Of a DNA stretch of 64,000 nt, positions 40,111-53,077 are shown in pieces. Under the pieces are notes generated by a model, which made no database searches, had not been told where the DNA came from, and saw only the letters and a list, made by a program, of their open reading frames with translations. The DNA is taken from assembly GCF_001194135.2 (NCBI RefSeq), contig NC_069002.1:36990886-37054885 (forward strand), given 5' to 3'. Both the position numbers and the translations under genes were made by a program. Every line of letters begins with the position of its first letter. Within the stretch, counting starts at the first letter, position 1. Source of the DNA: Octopus bimaculoides (Eukaryota).

Positions 40111-42010
40111 TCTACTTTTGTGTCGTTGGCATAGCTAGTAAATGTAGCTATCTGTGTAACTGATGGCATATCTGAAAGAGCCACCATCAAAAGTAGTGGC
40201 CCCAATACAGTTCCCTGAGGCACTCCACTTTCTATTAATGTATCCGTGGAGAGGGCTCCATTGACTGCTACAGCCTGGCTTCTGCCTTTTCAGAAGTCAT
40301 GCAACCACTCTCCAATTTTCCCAGTTATGCTGAGTCTCTGTAGTTTGTGACATATCATCTCATGATCAACCTTATCAAAGGCCTTTGCAAAGTCAAGATG
40401 TATCACATCTACATTTGAGCGATTCATTAACTGTTTCAACACCCAGTCATAGTGCTGCAAAAGCTGTGTAAGGCAGCTTCTGCCATAGCAAAAGTCATGC
40501 TGGGTGTCAGGAAGCAAGTCATTATCTTCAAGGAACACAATTAGTTTCTTCCTGACAATGCGCTCCATGACTTTGCTGACATGGGAAGTTAGAGAGACAG
40601 GTCTATGATTCTTGGCGTCTGCTCTGCTACCTCCCTTGGACAGGGCATATAATGGTTTCTTTTAACATTTTGGGAAGTCTCCCTGTTGTGAGGAAGCTCT
40701 GCAAGAGAATCTGAAGTGGTCTAGCTAGAGCCCCTTTGCATTTCTTTAGGAAGATTGCTGGGTATCCATCAGGGCTTGTTACTGAGTTTGAGCTCATCTC
40801 ATCAATGGCTGATATCACATCAGTTTCTTCTATACTGATGCTATCAATAATTGCCATTTTGTTGTGTAGATCTGTGGAGCCAAAGAACTCATCAGGCATA
40901 GTTATTTGCAAGTGTCTCAGTAGAGTTGTGAAAGCACTCTTGTATTGCACATTCAGTATTTCACTTATCCTCTGGAGGTCTGTAGTCAGTCATTTTCTTC
41001 AAGTAGTGGCCCTATTCTGTACCATACTGAAGCAGTTTCTTTTGCATATTTACAGAAGACTTTAGGGTTTGTCCTAATATTTTCGACAGCCCTGGCCTCC
41101 TTTTCTGCCCTCTCCTTTTCATGGGAGTGTTTGAGTTCATTTTCGATCTCGAGCAATGTTCGTTTGAAGTAGGATCGTTTGTTATCCTTTCATGGCCCAT
41201 TTTAGACGATTTGAGATTTTTGCTCATCATCTCATTAGAATCATCCTATCCCTGGGTATTATATATTTTCTGCTGGCTTGGCATTCTCTCTGGAGCAAAC
41301 TTACTGCAGATGTCATTCATGATTATCATAAAATGTTGTAGCTTTATGTCAATGTCTTCTGTAGAGAGACTCACTGACCAGTTATGTTCCATGACCTCTT
41401 TCTCGATAACTTTCCAGTTCAGGCTGGAGAGGAGTTGGGTGCTTCTCGTAGCCTTCTGCAGACCACACATTGTTAGTTCTATTAAGTTATGGTCCAAGAA
41501 AACCGTCGGTGTCACTCCAACATTATGGATGAGCGCCATGTTGTTTGTGAAACAGAGGTCCAGGACATTTTCCCCCCTTGTTGGGTGGAGCACTATTTGC
41601 TCCATAAAGACATAAAGAGCATGTTAGTGAGGTCAAGAAGAGATTCTGCATGCCTCAAGCCATGCAGTGAAACACCTGAGAGAATGTGGCCCTCAGGCCA
41701 TTTGATGTAAGGGAGGTTGAAATCTAAAAGAAGTATGTGCAGGCTGTCATCTAGGCTGGTTAATACTTCTTTCATTTCTTGGAGGATCTCTTCAAATGAT
41801 TCCCCATCTGTTTAATGTGTATCACCAGAGTGTCACAGACTGAGTCTGAGTGTGACAGCCAGACCACAGGTGTGACATCTTCCCAGATGCACACTGCCAC
41901 TCCACCATCAGACCTTTCTCTCCAGTCAGTTCGAAACGCATGTGTAACTCAGCACCTGATATGTCCACATTCAGATGTGTTTCTTTAGTGACACACATAT
42001 TGCTTGATTA
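40111..42010 (-). mobile_element. CR1/L2-type LINE ORF2 (AP-endonuclease plus RT), decayed and 3'-truncated just after the YADD-equivalent motif
   Basis: GGVAVCIWED, LLDFNLPYIKW, HPTRGENVLDLCFTNN, DHNLI, PDGYPAIFLKKC, QHDFCYGRSCLTQLL, DVIHLDFAKAFDKVDH, SGVPQGTVLGPLL, SYANDTK. Confidence 0.9.
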
Positions 42011-42135
42011 CATGCCAGCCAGTGTGTTGTTCCGCAGCCACTATCTGCATGGCATCGACAGTTTGTTTCCTCCAAGGAGCAGTGTGTGCCCCATCCACAC
42101 ACTTCCATGGTGGTAGCATATACTTATATACATAC

Positions 42136-42185
<50 letters not shown>

Positions 42186-44323
42186 TACACACATTACAAA
42201 TATATATATATATATACATACACATATATATTTATATACATACCATATTTTCTAAAGGACACATAATTTTGTTTTTGAAATTATAAAGGCATTTATTCAC
42301 TCATATGTGGTACTCATGGTTGAAGCACAAATTCTTCTCCCAGTTAAAGTAGGATTATTAGCAGTATAATAATCAATATTATTACTGTTATCTTAAAGGT
42401 ATTATCAATTTCACAATCGGAAATTACTTTTACCTAAAGCATCAAAATCTAGTTCATGAAAATTATCCCTAGAATGAATTTCACAATTTACACTATTGGT
42501 TTTATTCATGTCTATTAATTTTGAGTTGAGATACTGTCTAATTTTACTTTTGTTGTGTGTGTGTGTGTGTGTATTCACACACATACACACAATTATATAT
42601 ACATATATGTGTGTGTGTCTCTGTTTGTTTACATTTGCAACTGCTTGTACAGAAATGCAACAGGCAATGGTGTTATCAGTTTCTCCTGTCAACAAATCAT
42701 CCAGGCGAGTATTTTCATGCCTTTAAAGCTGAGTGGAATAAGTGGTCCCATGATAAAGATGAAGGGCATCCAGCTGTAAAACAATCCCTCAAATAACATG
42801 CATCCAACCCATGCAAGCATAGAAAAATGGATAGGAAAGCAAATGAATTCTATACTTTGATATTTCCCTTTCCCCTTTACATTTTGTTGACATTATCTTA
42901 AAACCAATAACATTTACTATTGATCCTTTATTCAAGCAGTATTTTTATATAAAATGTTTATTATTTGTGAAGAGATCAAAGGACTGAAGCTCAAGCTAAA
43001 TAACAACCAGTTACACCACTGTGTCAGCAGTTATTTATTTGGTCTATGACATGTTACATGTGCATTGAGTACTGTATAGCTGGGCTACTTATGTGGACAT
43101 TAGTATAAAAAAAAGTGGTTATACATACATACAAACATATCCATAACAGGCATGGATATATGGTAAGAAGTTTGCTTCCCAACCACATGGTTCCTGCTTC
43201 AGTCCCAAAGCCTGGGACCTTGGGCAAGTGTATTCTACTACAGCTCTGTGCTGATCAAACCCTTGAGTGAATTTGGTGGATGGAACCAGAAAGATGCTTG
43301 TCGTGTGTGTGTGTGTCATCTGTTTGTTTCACCGTTTTGACATCATATGATAGTTGTAAATGAATGACATTGTCATACAAGCAGTGTCATTCTTTTCCAA
43401 ACAGAAACAGATAAAGGTTGTTGACAGGAAGGGTATCAACACAGAAAATCTACCTCAAATATACTCTGCCCAACCCAAGCAAGCATGGAAAAGCAGACAT
43501 TAAACGACTATGATGAACATGATAATATATATACCATCTCCATCATCATCATCATCATTTAACCCACTCTGTAAAGTGGTTGCCCTTGCCAGCACTGGTG
43601 CCATGTTAAAAGCACCCAGTCCAATCTGCTAAAGACTTAAGCATATCCAGCCCAAATATCCCAACTGTTTTACATTCAAATTAGCCAGATTCAGCCACTC
43701 ACACCAACCCTACAATGTTAATCTAAAAATAAACATTCACATCCTCAAAATTTCAAAGCTACAAGATAATACATGATTAATTGAAAACAATGTGAATAAA
43801 TAAGGATTACATTTGACAGAGTAACCTGATTAATTACTTGCACAGACACCGTTTTTCATTATGCAACCATAATACACTACAAAGTATATTAAATGTTTTA
43901 CAAGTCAATACTGTGTCCTATTGTGTTAGCAGTGCAATGAAATCACTTGTTAAAGTTATCTCTGCAGATTTTCTATAGAAATTCTTTTCTTTCCTTAATT
44001 TCTATAGCAAATATGTAGAGATAACCTTAACATGAGAATAATTTGAATGCTAAAGGGTTAACATCCACTTTTGCATGTTTGCATGGGCCAAGTGGAATTC
44101 ATTGAAGCAGGTTTTCCAAAGCCAGCACTTCCTGTTGCTAACCCTCACCTCTTTACAAGCATAGTAACAGTTCTCTGTGGCCAGACATGTTTGTTTTTTT
44201 GGTTTTTTTTTACATAAGATTTGAAATAAAGAGCATTCCTTGTAAACGTTAACACTCATTTACACTATTGCACATTATCAAGACAGAGACATAAATATAT
44301 AAATACCCCACACATACATATAA

Positions 44324-44376
<53 letters not shown>

Positions 44377-45189
44377 ACAGTACCATCACCAAGCAGTATT
44401 TAGGCATAAGCGAACTTAAGGTGAGCTAAAATATGTTTGTGACATATTTCAACTTCTAAAAGGCAAATTCACTGCAAACACTGTAGAGAAGAAATTCTCC
44501 CTTATGGTAAAAGGTGTAAAAATACCATATTTGCCAGTGCTGCCCCCAATCGTATTCCCAGACGCGTTTCTAACTCTTAACAGTTACATAAGTATACACA
44601 TGTACACAACAGCATTCTTTCAGTCTTTGTCTACCAAACTGACTAACAAGGATTTGGTCGACACGGGGCTATAGTAGAAGATACTTGCCCAAGGTGTTGT
44701 CAAACAGTGGGACTGAACACTAAATCTCATAGTTGGGAAACAGGCTTCTTAACCACAGAATCATTCCTTATTCTGCCTGGGTATTACGTTGGGGGTATAT
44801 GCGTCTATGGAATATTCGACCACTTATTATATAGTTCAACAAGAGGGTGTTTGTCTTGATTGAGAAACTAGAATAAACGTAGTGAAAAATCAACGAAGAG
44901 AAAAGAGAGCAATGGAGAAGAAAGCTAATGTTTGTATACCAATGGTGACATGTGACAAAGGAGGCTCCCTGTAAAACAACAACGAAACGCAGGTTTCAAT
45001 TCTAAGCACTAGTTATTTCGCTTCCTTCACTGATCATGCCATTGGGAATGGCATAAACATCACAACCTCCCACTTTGCCTTCTAAAACACCAATAGTTAT
45101 TGTTTTCCTTGAAATTTTGTCATATATAAAACATATGATAAACATTGCTGGATTTGTTCTTTTCAGTCTATTGTTTATAATTGTTTAAT

Positions 45190-45229
<40 letters not shown>

Positions 45230-46837
45230 GTGCACAGACATGAAAACATGGTACATTGTAATATAAAATATCCTTCTAGAAAAACCACAAAGAAGTGTAC
45301 GGGTATATATGTGTGAATGCTTCTTTGTCGCTATGCATATCAACAAATTTAATTTGTCTCCGTCTATCCTCCTCCTCTCCTGATGTTGTTAGAGGCATGA
45401 CTTAGTTTCTCATGTTGTTTCTATGTGCAAATGTGTATTACGCGAATGGGTAAATATGACGTGTAAATTATGACGATGATGATGATGATGATGATGATGA
45501 TCGCCATCACCATCATCATTATCAACATAATGAGGAGGAGGAGGAGGATGAATGAAAATATTTTTCTCCATTATTTTCCGAACATCCTACAAAAACCAAT
45601 AAGAGCAACAACAACAACAACGACAAAAATCGCATCTCCAGCAATAATATTGGCAATGACAGAAAGAGACACCAGGCTGACGCCCGCTCTGTTAGACACA
45701 ACAGCTAAATCTCCCTCCAATCAACCTCCCCCCAACGAAAAAAATAAATTATGTAGTTCTAGAAGAGATGGGATGGTCACGGCTGGAATACCTTCATCAC
45801 GGGTATGCCTGAATGCGTTGACAGAGCTCCTACACAATAGAATTTTATTGACAAGGCGCCAGAATTGGGNNNNNNNNNNNNNNNNNNNNNNNNNNNNNNN
45901 NNNNNNNNNNNNNNNNNNNNNNNNNNNNNNNNNNNNNNNNNNNNNNNNNNNNNNNNNNNNNNNNNNNNNNNNNNNNNNNNNNNNNNNNNNNNNNNNNNNN
46001 NNNNNNNNNNNNNNNNNNNNNNNNNNNNNNNNNNNNNNNNNNNNNNNNNNNNNNNNNNNNNNNNNNNNNNNNNNNNNNNNNNNNNNNNNNNNNNNNNNNN
46101 NNNNNNNNNNNNNNNNNNNNNNNNNNNNNNNNNNNNNNNNNNNNNNNNNNNNNNNNNNNNNNNNNNNNNNNNNNNNNNNNNNNNNNNNNNNNNNNNNNNN
46201 NNNNNNNNNNNNNNNNNNNNNNNNNNNNNNNNNNNNNNNNNNNNNNNNNNNNNNNNNNNNNNNNNNNNNNNNNNNNNNNNNNNNNNNNNNNNNNNNNNNN
46301 NNNNNNNNNNNNNNNNNNNNNNNNNNNNNNNNNNNNNNNNNNNNNNNNNNNNNNNNNNNNNNNNNNNNNNNNNNNNNNNNNNNNNNNNNNNNNNNNNNNN
46401 NNNNNNNNNNNNNNNNNNNNNNNNNNNNNNNNNNNNNNNNNNNNNNNNNNNNNNNNNNNNNNNNNNNNNNNNNNNNNNNNNNNNNNNNNNNNNNNNNNNN
46501 NNTATATATAAAGAATGAGGGGTTATGATGTTCGACCATATTTTGGGTATCATGTGTATAGGTGTGTAAGTAGGGTGATGTTGTTTCTTGTGTGTGTGCG
46601 TGTGTGTGTTTTCCTGTGTGTATATAGTTCCTTATAGGAAAGATGTATTGTGACGATCATATATATCTTTATACATTATCTTAGATGGACTCACTCATTA
46701 CAGGTCATACACACGTGTGTGACTATATATATATATGTGTGTGTGTGTACACACATACATATGTATATATACATACATAAATGCGTATAAAACATACACG
46801 TATCAACATACGCATGTATATATATATATATATATAA

Positions 46838-46957
<120 letters not shown>

Positions 46958-47724
46958 ATATANNNNNNNNNNNNNNNNNNNNNNNNNNNNNNNNNNNNNN
47001 NNNNNNNNNNNNNNNNNNNNNNNNNNNNNNNNNNNNNNNNNNNNNNNNNNNNNNNNNNNNNNNNNNNNNNNNNNNNNNNNNNNNNNNNNNNNNNNNNNNN
47101 NNNNNNNNNNNNNNNNNNNNNNNNNNNNNNNNNNNNNNNNNNNNNNNNNNNNNNNNNNNNNNNNNNNNNNNNNNNNNNNNNNNNNNNNNNNNNNNNNNNN
47201 NNNNNNNNNNNNNNNNNNNNNNNNNNNNNGTATTTTCTGGCTCTTGTTCGTAGAGTTTTCTTTGATTTTTTACCATTATTGCATGAAGCACCAACAACAT
47301 TATGGGAACGGAGTAAAAACATTGTCAATCTTGCTTGGAATTAAAATCTCAATAACATAATGTTCTAGTATTCTTTCTTTTTCTTTTTTGTTTTATTTCG
47401 TATTGAGATTTAGGAGACATTATCTATCTATCTACATGTGTATGACATATATGTATATACATACGTGTATATATATATGTATGTATGTATATGTGTGTGT
47501 GTTTTTGTATGATCTAAAATATAAAAGAAATTTAGATAGATGTATGTAAATAGATGAACAGATAAAGTTTGATATATATAGAGAGACAGACAGACAGACA
47601 GATAGATAGATAGATAGATGCACAGATGCATTTACCACTCATCACACGACAACTGTTACAAGAATTATACTATTCTTACTGTGTGCAGTTTCTACATATG
47701 TGTATATTTGTGTGTGTACATACA

Positions 47725-47782
<58 letters not shown>

Positions 47783-48743
47783 ATGTATATATATCATAAA
47801 TGGTTCTCCGTTGGTTTCTAAGATGGAAGTTCCAGTTATTTGATCAACTGAACTGCCTCCTCATTACAAACGGTTGAGTATTCCGCAAACAATTACATCC
47901 GTAACATAATTTCTGAAGCAAAACAGACGCTCCTCAGTCGGGTGTAACAAGTCTGGCTGCTTTTAATTTCAGGTACAGTTCCTTCTCCGACGGGCTTCCA
48001 CATAGTTTCCATAACCCATTTTCACTTCCAAACCATCCCCCTCCCACCCCGAGGTTATGTTATTAAGACACTTGCCCAATATGTCACATAGTGGTAACGA
48101 AGCCAAGACCTTATGATTGTCAAGAGAACTTCTTAAACACTCGGGACATGACTAGACGATAGTTCTACTTTACAATTACGTTAAGATACACGTGTCTGAG
48201 GAATACTCGGCCACTTACAGACACATAGAGTAGGCAATTTACTTGAGCTATCAACTAAGACGATCAACGAAGATCCACTTACTTTAACTACACACACACA
48301 CACTGAGTGTATAATACACATACATGCGTATGACCAAGTTTATACATAAATATGTGTGTGTAGAATAATATAAATATGTGTTCGAAACATCGATGATTGA
48401 ATTCGCATTGGAAAGCTTTGATCAAAGTATTATCCGTCTTCGAACGGATGTATATCTATAAACCTCTTTATAAGTCTATTAAACATCAGACAGCATCGTA
48501 TATACCAACCTAGTCACACACATACAGACAAAAACACGAAGAACCTATTTGTTTTTGTTGTTCATTTCTGTAATACTTAGACAAAATAATAATTAAAAGT
48601 CTACAGCTGATTTGATAATGTTAACAAAGGGTTATAATGTGCATAATGAATAACCAGCTATCAAGATCCATGAGCGTAAAGAGAGCCGAAAGCCCGTGTG
48701 AGTGGATTAGATTGCAGTGAAAAGACTTGCTCGTCCAACTTAC

Positions 48744-48823
48744 CTCTTTGCCAGCCATAGCTCCGACCTTGAAGCGTGTTGGGTTAATCAGGGCCGGTAA
48801 CTCTTTACGAACACGTGAGCTTC
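48744..48823 (-). CDS. Candidate 5'/coding exon of a minus-strand gene
   Basis: Consensus donor AAAGAG|GTAAGT at 48744/48743; open frame SSRVRKELPALINPTRFKVGAMAGKE (ATG at 48758); CpG-rich unique sequence. Confidence 0.45.
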
Positions 48824-48924
48824 CTTAGACACCATCGTTCCTCCACCTATCTTATACATACATGATTCATACATACATGCATATATAAATATACATGTTT
48901 TACATTTTGTATGTATGTATATAA

Positions 48925-48956
<32 letters not shown>

Positions 48957-49021
48957 ATATAATACATACATGATTCATACATACATGTATAAATATAAAT
49001 GTTATAAATGTTTACATTTTG

Positions 49022-49102
<81 letters not shown>

Positions 49103-49261
49103 ATTTCATGTAAGTATTACATGTCGAGGAACCATGTGTGTATGTGTGTGTATACTAATTATCACAGTCATTGCACACAGTCATTGCATACATGAAAACA
49201 TTAACATGTACGTGCATACACATACACACACACACACATATATATATATATAGACACACAC

Positions 49262-50440
49262 ACATCATCATCATTTAACGTCTTTTTTCCATGCTGGCAT
49301 GGGTTGGTCTGTTTGACAGGAGCCAGCAAGCCAGAAGACTACCCTAAACTTCACTCTCCGTTTTGGCATGGCTTTTACGGTTGGGTGCCCTTCTTAACAC
49401 CAACAAGCTTACAGAGTGGACAATGCTTTTTGCAAGGCACCAGCACCAGCAATGTCTGTTTTGGTATGGTTTTTATAGCTGGATGCCCTTCCAAACGCCA
49501 ACCAACTTATAGTGTGGACTGGATGCTTCTTACATGGCACCAGCATTGGCAGGGTCACCAAGTAACTCACATGACAAAGAACCTTTGAGGTGATGGAGGT
49601 GGCCGTGTACCAAGTGATGATAGATTAGAGTTTGACGGAGGGACAGAAACAGGTATCTCGTTGTAGAGGAAATATATGATTCCCCATTCAGAGGGAGAGA
49701 TAGCAAGAGAAAAGGAAAAAGACAGTAATCAAGAATAAGAGAGAGAGAGATGTGTTCCATCCACATGTAACAATAAAACTTTTCACACTCCCAACCCCAA
49801 CAAACCAAACTACATCTCTTCCTCACATTCCCTCTTTCCATGCGCTATGCTTATGCTTATCTCTCACTTCTTTACTCACTGCATCAGTGCTATTCTGTTG
49901 TTCCCCATCTCTTCTCTTTTCCCAGTTTTACCAGTCAATGCACCACCTTCACCCCAGCTCTTTGCATTCATGTGAAGTACTTACTCCCTACTCATGCATT
50001 CAACCATCCCATTATTAAAATATCTGGTGGTGTGGGTTATGGTCTAGTCACCCATATTGTAAATCAGGTGATTAATGAAGGAGTCATACCCAATGTCTGC
50101 TGTAGCAGCAGCATAGTCAACTGCTACAAAGGTAAAGGTGATGCCTTAGAAATAATTACAGAGGTATCAAATTGTTGGATCAGGAGATGAAGGTTATTAA
50201 GAGAATCATAGCCCAACTAACCAGGGGGAGAGTTAGCCTAGATGAGATGCAGTTTGGTTTTGTGCTAGGGAGAAGCACCACTGATGCTATATTTCTGGTA
50301 AAACAACTGCAGGAGAAATACTTAGCCAAAGATAAACCTCTGTACTTGACCTTGGTTGACTTGGAGAAAGCCTGTTACAGGGTCTCCCAATCCCTTATCT
50401 GGTGGTCAATGCAGAAACTAGGGATAGACAAGTGGTTAAG
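49262..50440. mobile_element. RTE LINE pieces: inverted 3' tail (49262-about 49980, minus) abutting an RT fragment (about 50010-50440, plus)
   Basis: IVNCYKGKGDALE, DEMQFGFVLGRSTTDAIFLVKQLQEKYLAKDKPLYLTLVDLEKA. Confidence 0.8.
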
Positions 50441-50709
50441 AGCACAGCTACTAACCCCAACATTCTGAGTCTTTTCTCTCTCCACTCTGAAGAGAGGTTA
50501 TAGTCCACTAGCCATTAAGGTCTGAAGGAATGCTGTAAAACTAAAACTGGCCATAACTATCTNNNNNNNNNNNNNNNNNNNNNNNNNNNNNNNNNNNNNN
50601 NNNNNNNNNNNNNNNATATATATATATACATATATATATATACATACATACATATTTTCATCATGTTAAACCGTTAATTACAACACATTTTTTTCTCTCC
50701 ATTTTTTAT

Positions 50710-50811
50710 GCAGTCACTCCTTTCTGTCAAAGAGCATAGGCTCAAAATGTCAAAGATTTTTTCCATTCTTTCCAAGCATCAAACTAATACACCTGCTCGT
50801 TGTTTCCTCAC
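50710..50811 (+). mobile_element. Penelope-like terminal-repeat fragment with degenerate hammerhead motif
   Basis: CCTTT-CTGTCAA-A-GAGC-ATAG-GCTC-AAAAT-GTC-AAAGA. Confidence 0.45.
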
Positions 50812-51080
50812 TGTTGTGATGAGAGTTATGATGCCCCCTTGCAAGACATAGACTGGTCTGAGTAAAATACAAATAGTAACAATCCAAGTGAGTTCAAGGT
50901 TCAGAGTTCGGAGTCGAATGAAGTTCGAGTTAGTTCGCAATAAAGTTGGAAGATGTCGGTTGGTTAGTTCACAAAGAATATTGAGTATTGGTTTGTAAAG
51001 TGATTTTCTAGTTTGTTACATTGTTTTTACTATTGTCTGGTTGTCTTATTTATTGTACATAACAAAATTACGTTGCAACA
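50812..51080 (+). mobile_element. Gypsy 5' LTR (269 bp)
   Basis: TGTTG...CAACA termini, AATAAA at 50939-50944, immediately followed by PBS-like TCTGGTGAC and a gag ORF. Confidence 0.8.
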
Positions 51081-51150
51081 TCTGGTGACAAGGGTTTTGA
51101 AGCTCAAGTAGGTTATCTAACAATTTATTTGTGATACAACTTGTTAAATA

Positions 51151-51505
51151 ATGGCTGACCCATTAGCTTCCATAGTACAATTGAAAAAACAACAACAAGA
51201 GCAGCAACAGGAGTTACAGAAGCAACTACTACAGCAACAACTACAACAACAATTATTGGAGCTATATTCAAAGAAGCCCCAAAATGAGGTTAAGTTCATT
51301 TTCGCCAGACGGTGTTTTGAACTCAGTTAATGAATTCAGTTATAACTCAGAGGAGAGTATAACTTTTGCATCGTACTACAGAAAGTATGAGGAGATTTTG
51401 AAGCAAATCATAGCCGGACGAACAAAAAGTGAGATTGAACCAAGATCTAGCCTTACAGTCCATGGCAGAAGAATGCCAAAGGATGGTAAACCTGAAACAT
51501 GATAT
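51151..51505 (+). mobile_element. Gypsy (Mag-like) gag remnant, frameshifted and internally deleted
   Basis: MADPLASIVQLKKQQQEQQ.../SFSPDGVLNSVNEFSYNSEESITFASYYRKYEEI/...LTLQSMAEECQRMVNLKHD. Confidence 0.75.
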
Positions 51506-51858
51506 TTCTGTGATCCCCCCATTTCTTCAAGTCTTTTCAAAATATTCTCTGCAACCTTTCAACCAATTCTCAATTGGAACTTTTATTTAGCACCAGCATA
51601 TAGAAGTTCCCAGAAACATCTAATCCTAAACTATTCCATTATTTCAAAGAGGACTAAGATGAATAGTAGAAGACTGAGGATAAAGTCCTGGATGAAGTAG
51701 CTCTGAAGGTATTCAATTTTTCACTGAATTCACTGCCAACCAGATTGTGCTTACCATATTTCCATGCATGGTTGAACAAGTTGTTCAGCTATCATCATCA
51801 TCATCATCATCATCATAATCATCATCATCCTCATCGGCATCGGCATCATCATCATTTA

Positions 51859-52100
51859 TGAGGGTGGGCTGAAAAGTTCATAGGCTGACTATGAAGGAGT
51901 GATGCTAGAGCTGTGAAATTTTGCATACATTCATTTCAACTTTTCTTATTAATAACTGCATTGTTTCTTTCAAAGTGAATTCACATCTCACTGTTCAAAG
52001 AAGACATCAAAAATAACTAGTAGTGACTTTTTCTCAATATGGATAAAATTTGGCATTGTAGTGTGACCAAGTATCCACAGAGAAAGGGTTTAGCCCTCTT
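51859..52100 (+). mobile_element. mariner 5' end (TIR plus transposase start), truncated
   Basis: TA then TGAGGGTGGGCTGAAAAGTT TIR-like sequence; ATG at 52039 MDKIWHCSVTKYPQRKGLA. Confidence 0.65.
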
Positions 52101-53077
52101 ACCACCACCACTACCATCCAAAACAAAAAAAAATTGCCCGCCTTGTGCCAAAATTTTAAACCAATATTAAGAGAGGAATTGGCAACACTTTGGCAGTGAG
52201 CTGGTGCAATCATTAGGACCACACTGGACAAAATGCCTAGCAGTATTTCTGGCTTTACATTCTAAGTTAAAATTCTACCAAGGTCTATTTTACCTTTCAT
52301 CCTTTTGGGGCTGATAAAACAAGTACCAGTTGATCACTGGTACTGATACAACCGACTAGTCGCTTCCATACCAAAATTTCAGGCCTTGTGCCTATAATTG
52401 AAAAGAATATTAAAAGAGGGATTGAATTATAATCCTCTTACTTATTCAGTTATTTTCCAAAACATTCAACTTTGTGTCATATTCACTTCTATGTTGCACC
52501 TTTTTCTCACTGGAGCAGATCAGTGTCGTCTTTGTTACCTATACTATACCTTTCTATATAACATGTTACCAGATACTAGTCCTAATAAATGACTTCAATC
52601 TTACTTTAAAGTAGGTAGGTATAAACAAAGATCAGAGAGGATGAGGTGACAGCAAATGACTATTAGTGTCCATTGATTTAAAATTAACCTACAAAAATAG
52701 GTTAACTGCTGTTGTACTTATCCAATGAACAATAGCCACTGGGTTCAATTTAAAAGGTGATTTGATCAACCTTATCTCACCTTTTTTTTTTTTTTTACTT
52801 CATTCATTTCTATATTTGTAACAATCATTGATTAATCCTTAATCCTAAGAGAATATCTCAACCAAGAAAAGTTGTTGTTTGCACAAAATGTTTTCTAAAC
52901 TTACTACTTTATACATAACAGATGACTTTCCCTGTTTTTTTTCTTCTTTTTATGATTTGCCTATTTTTCCATCAAAAACTTTCACTGAACATCAAGTTAA
53001 TATATTCCCTGTGTACATCCTCTTGACTTCTGTTGTTTTTACTTGTTTTTACTTTGGATTTGCCATGGATAGATTTT

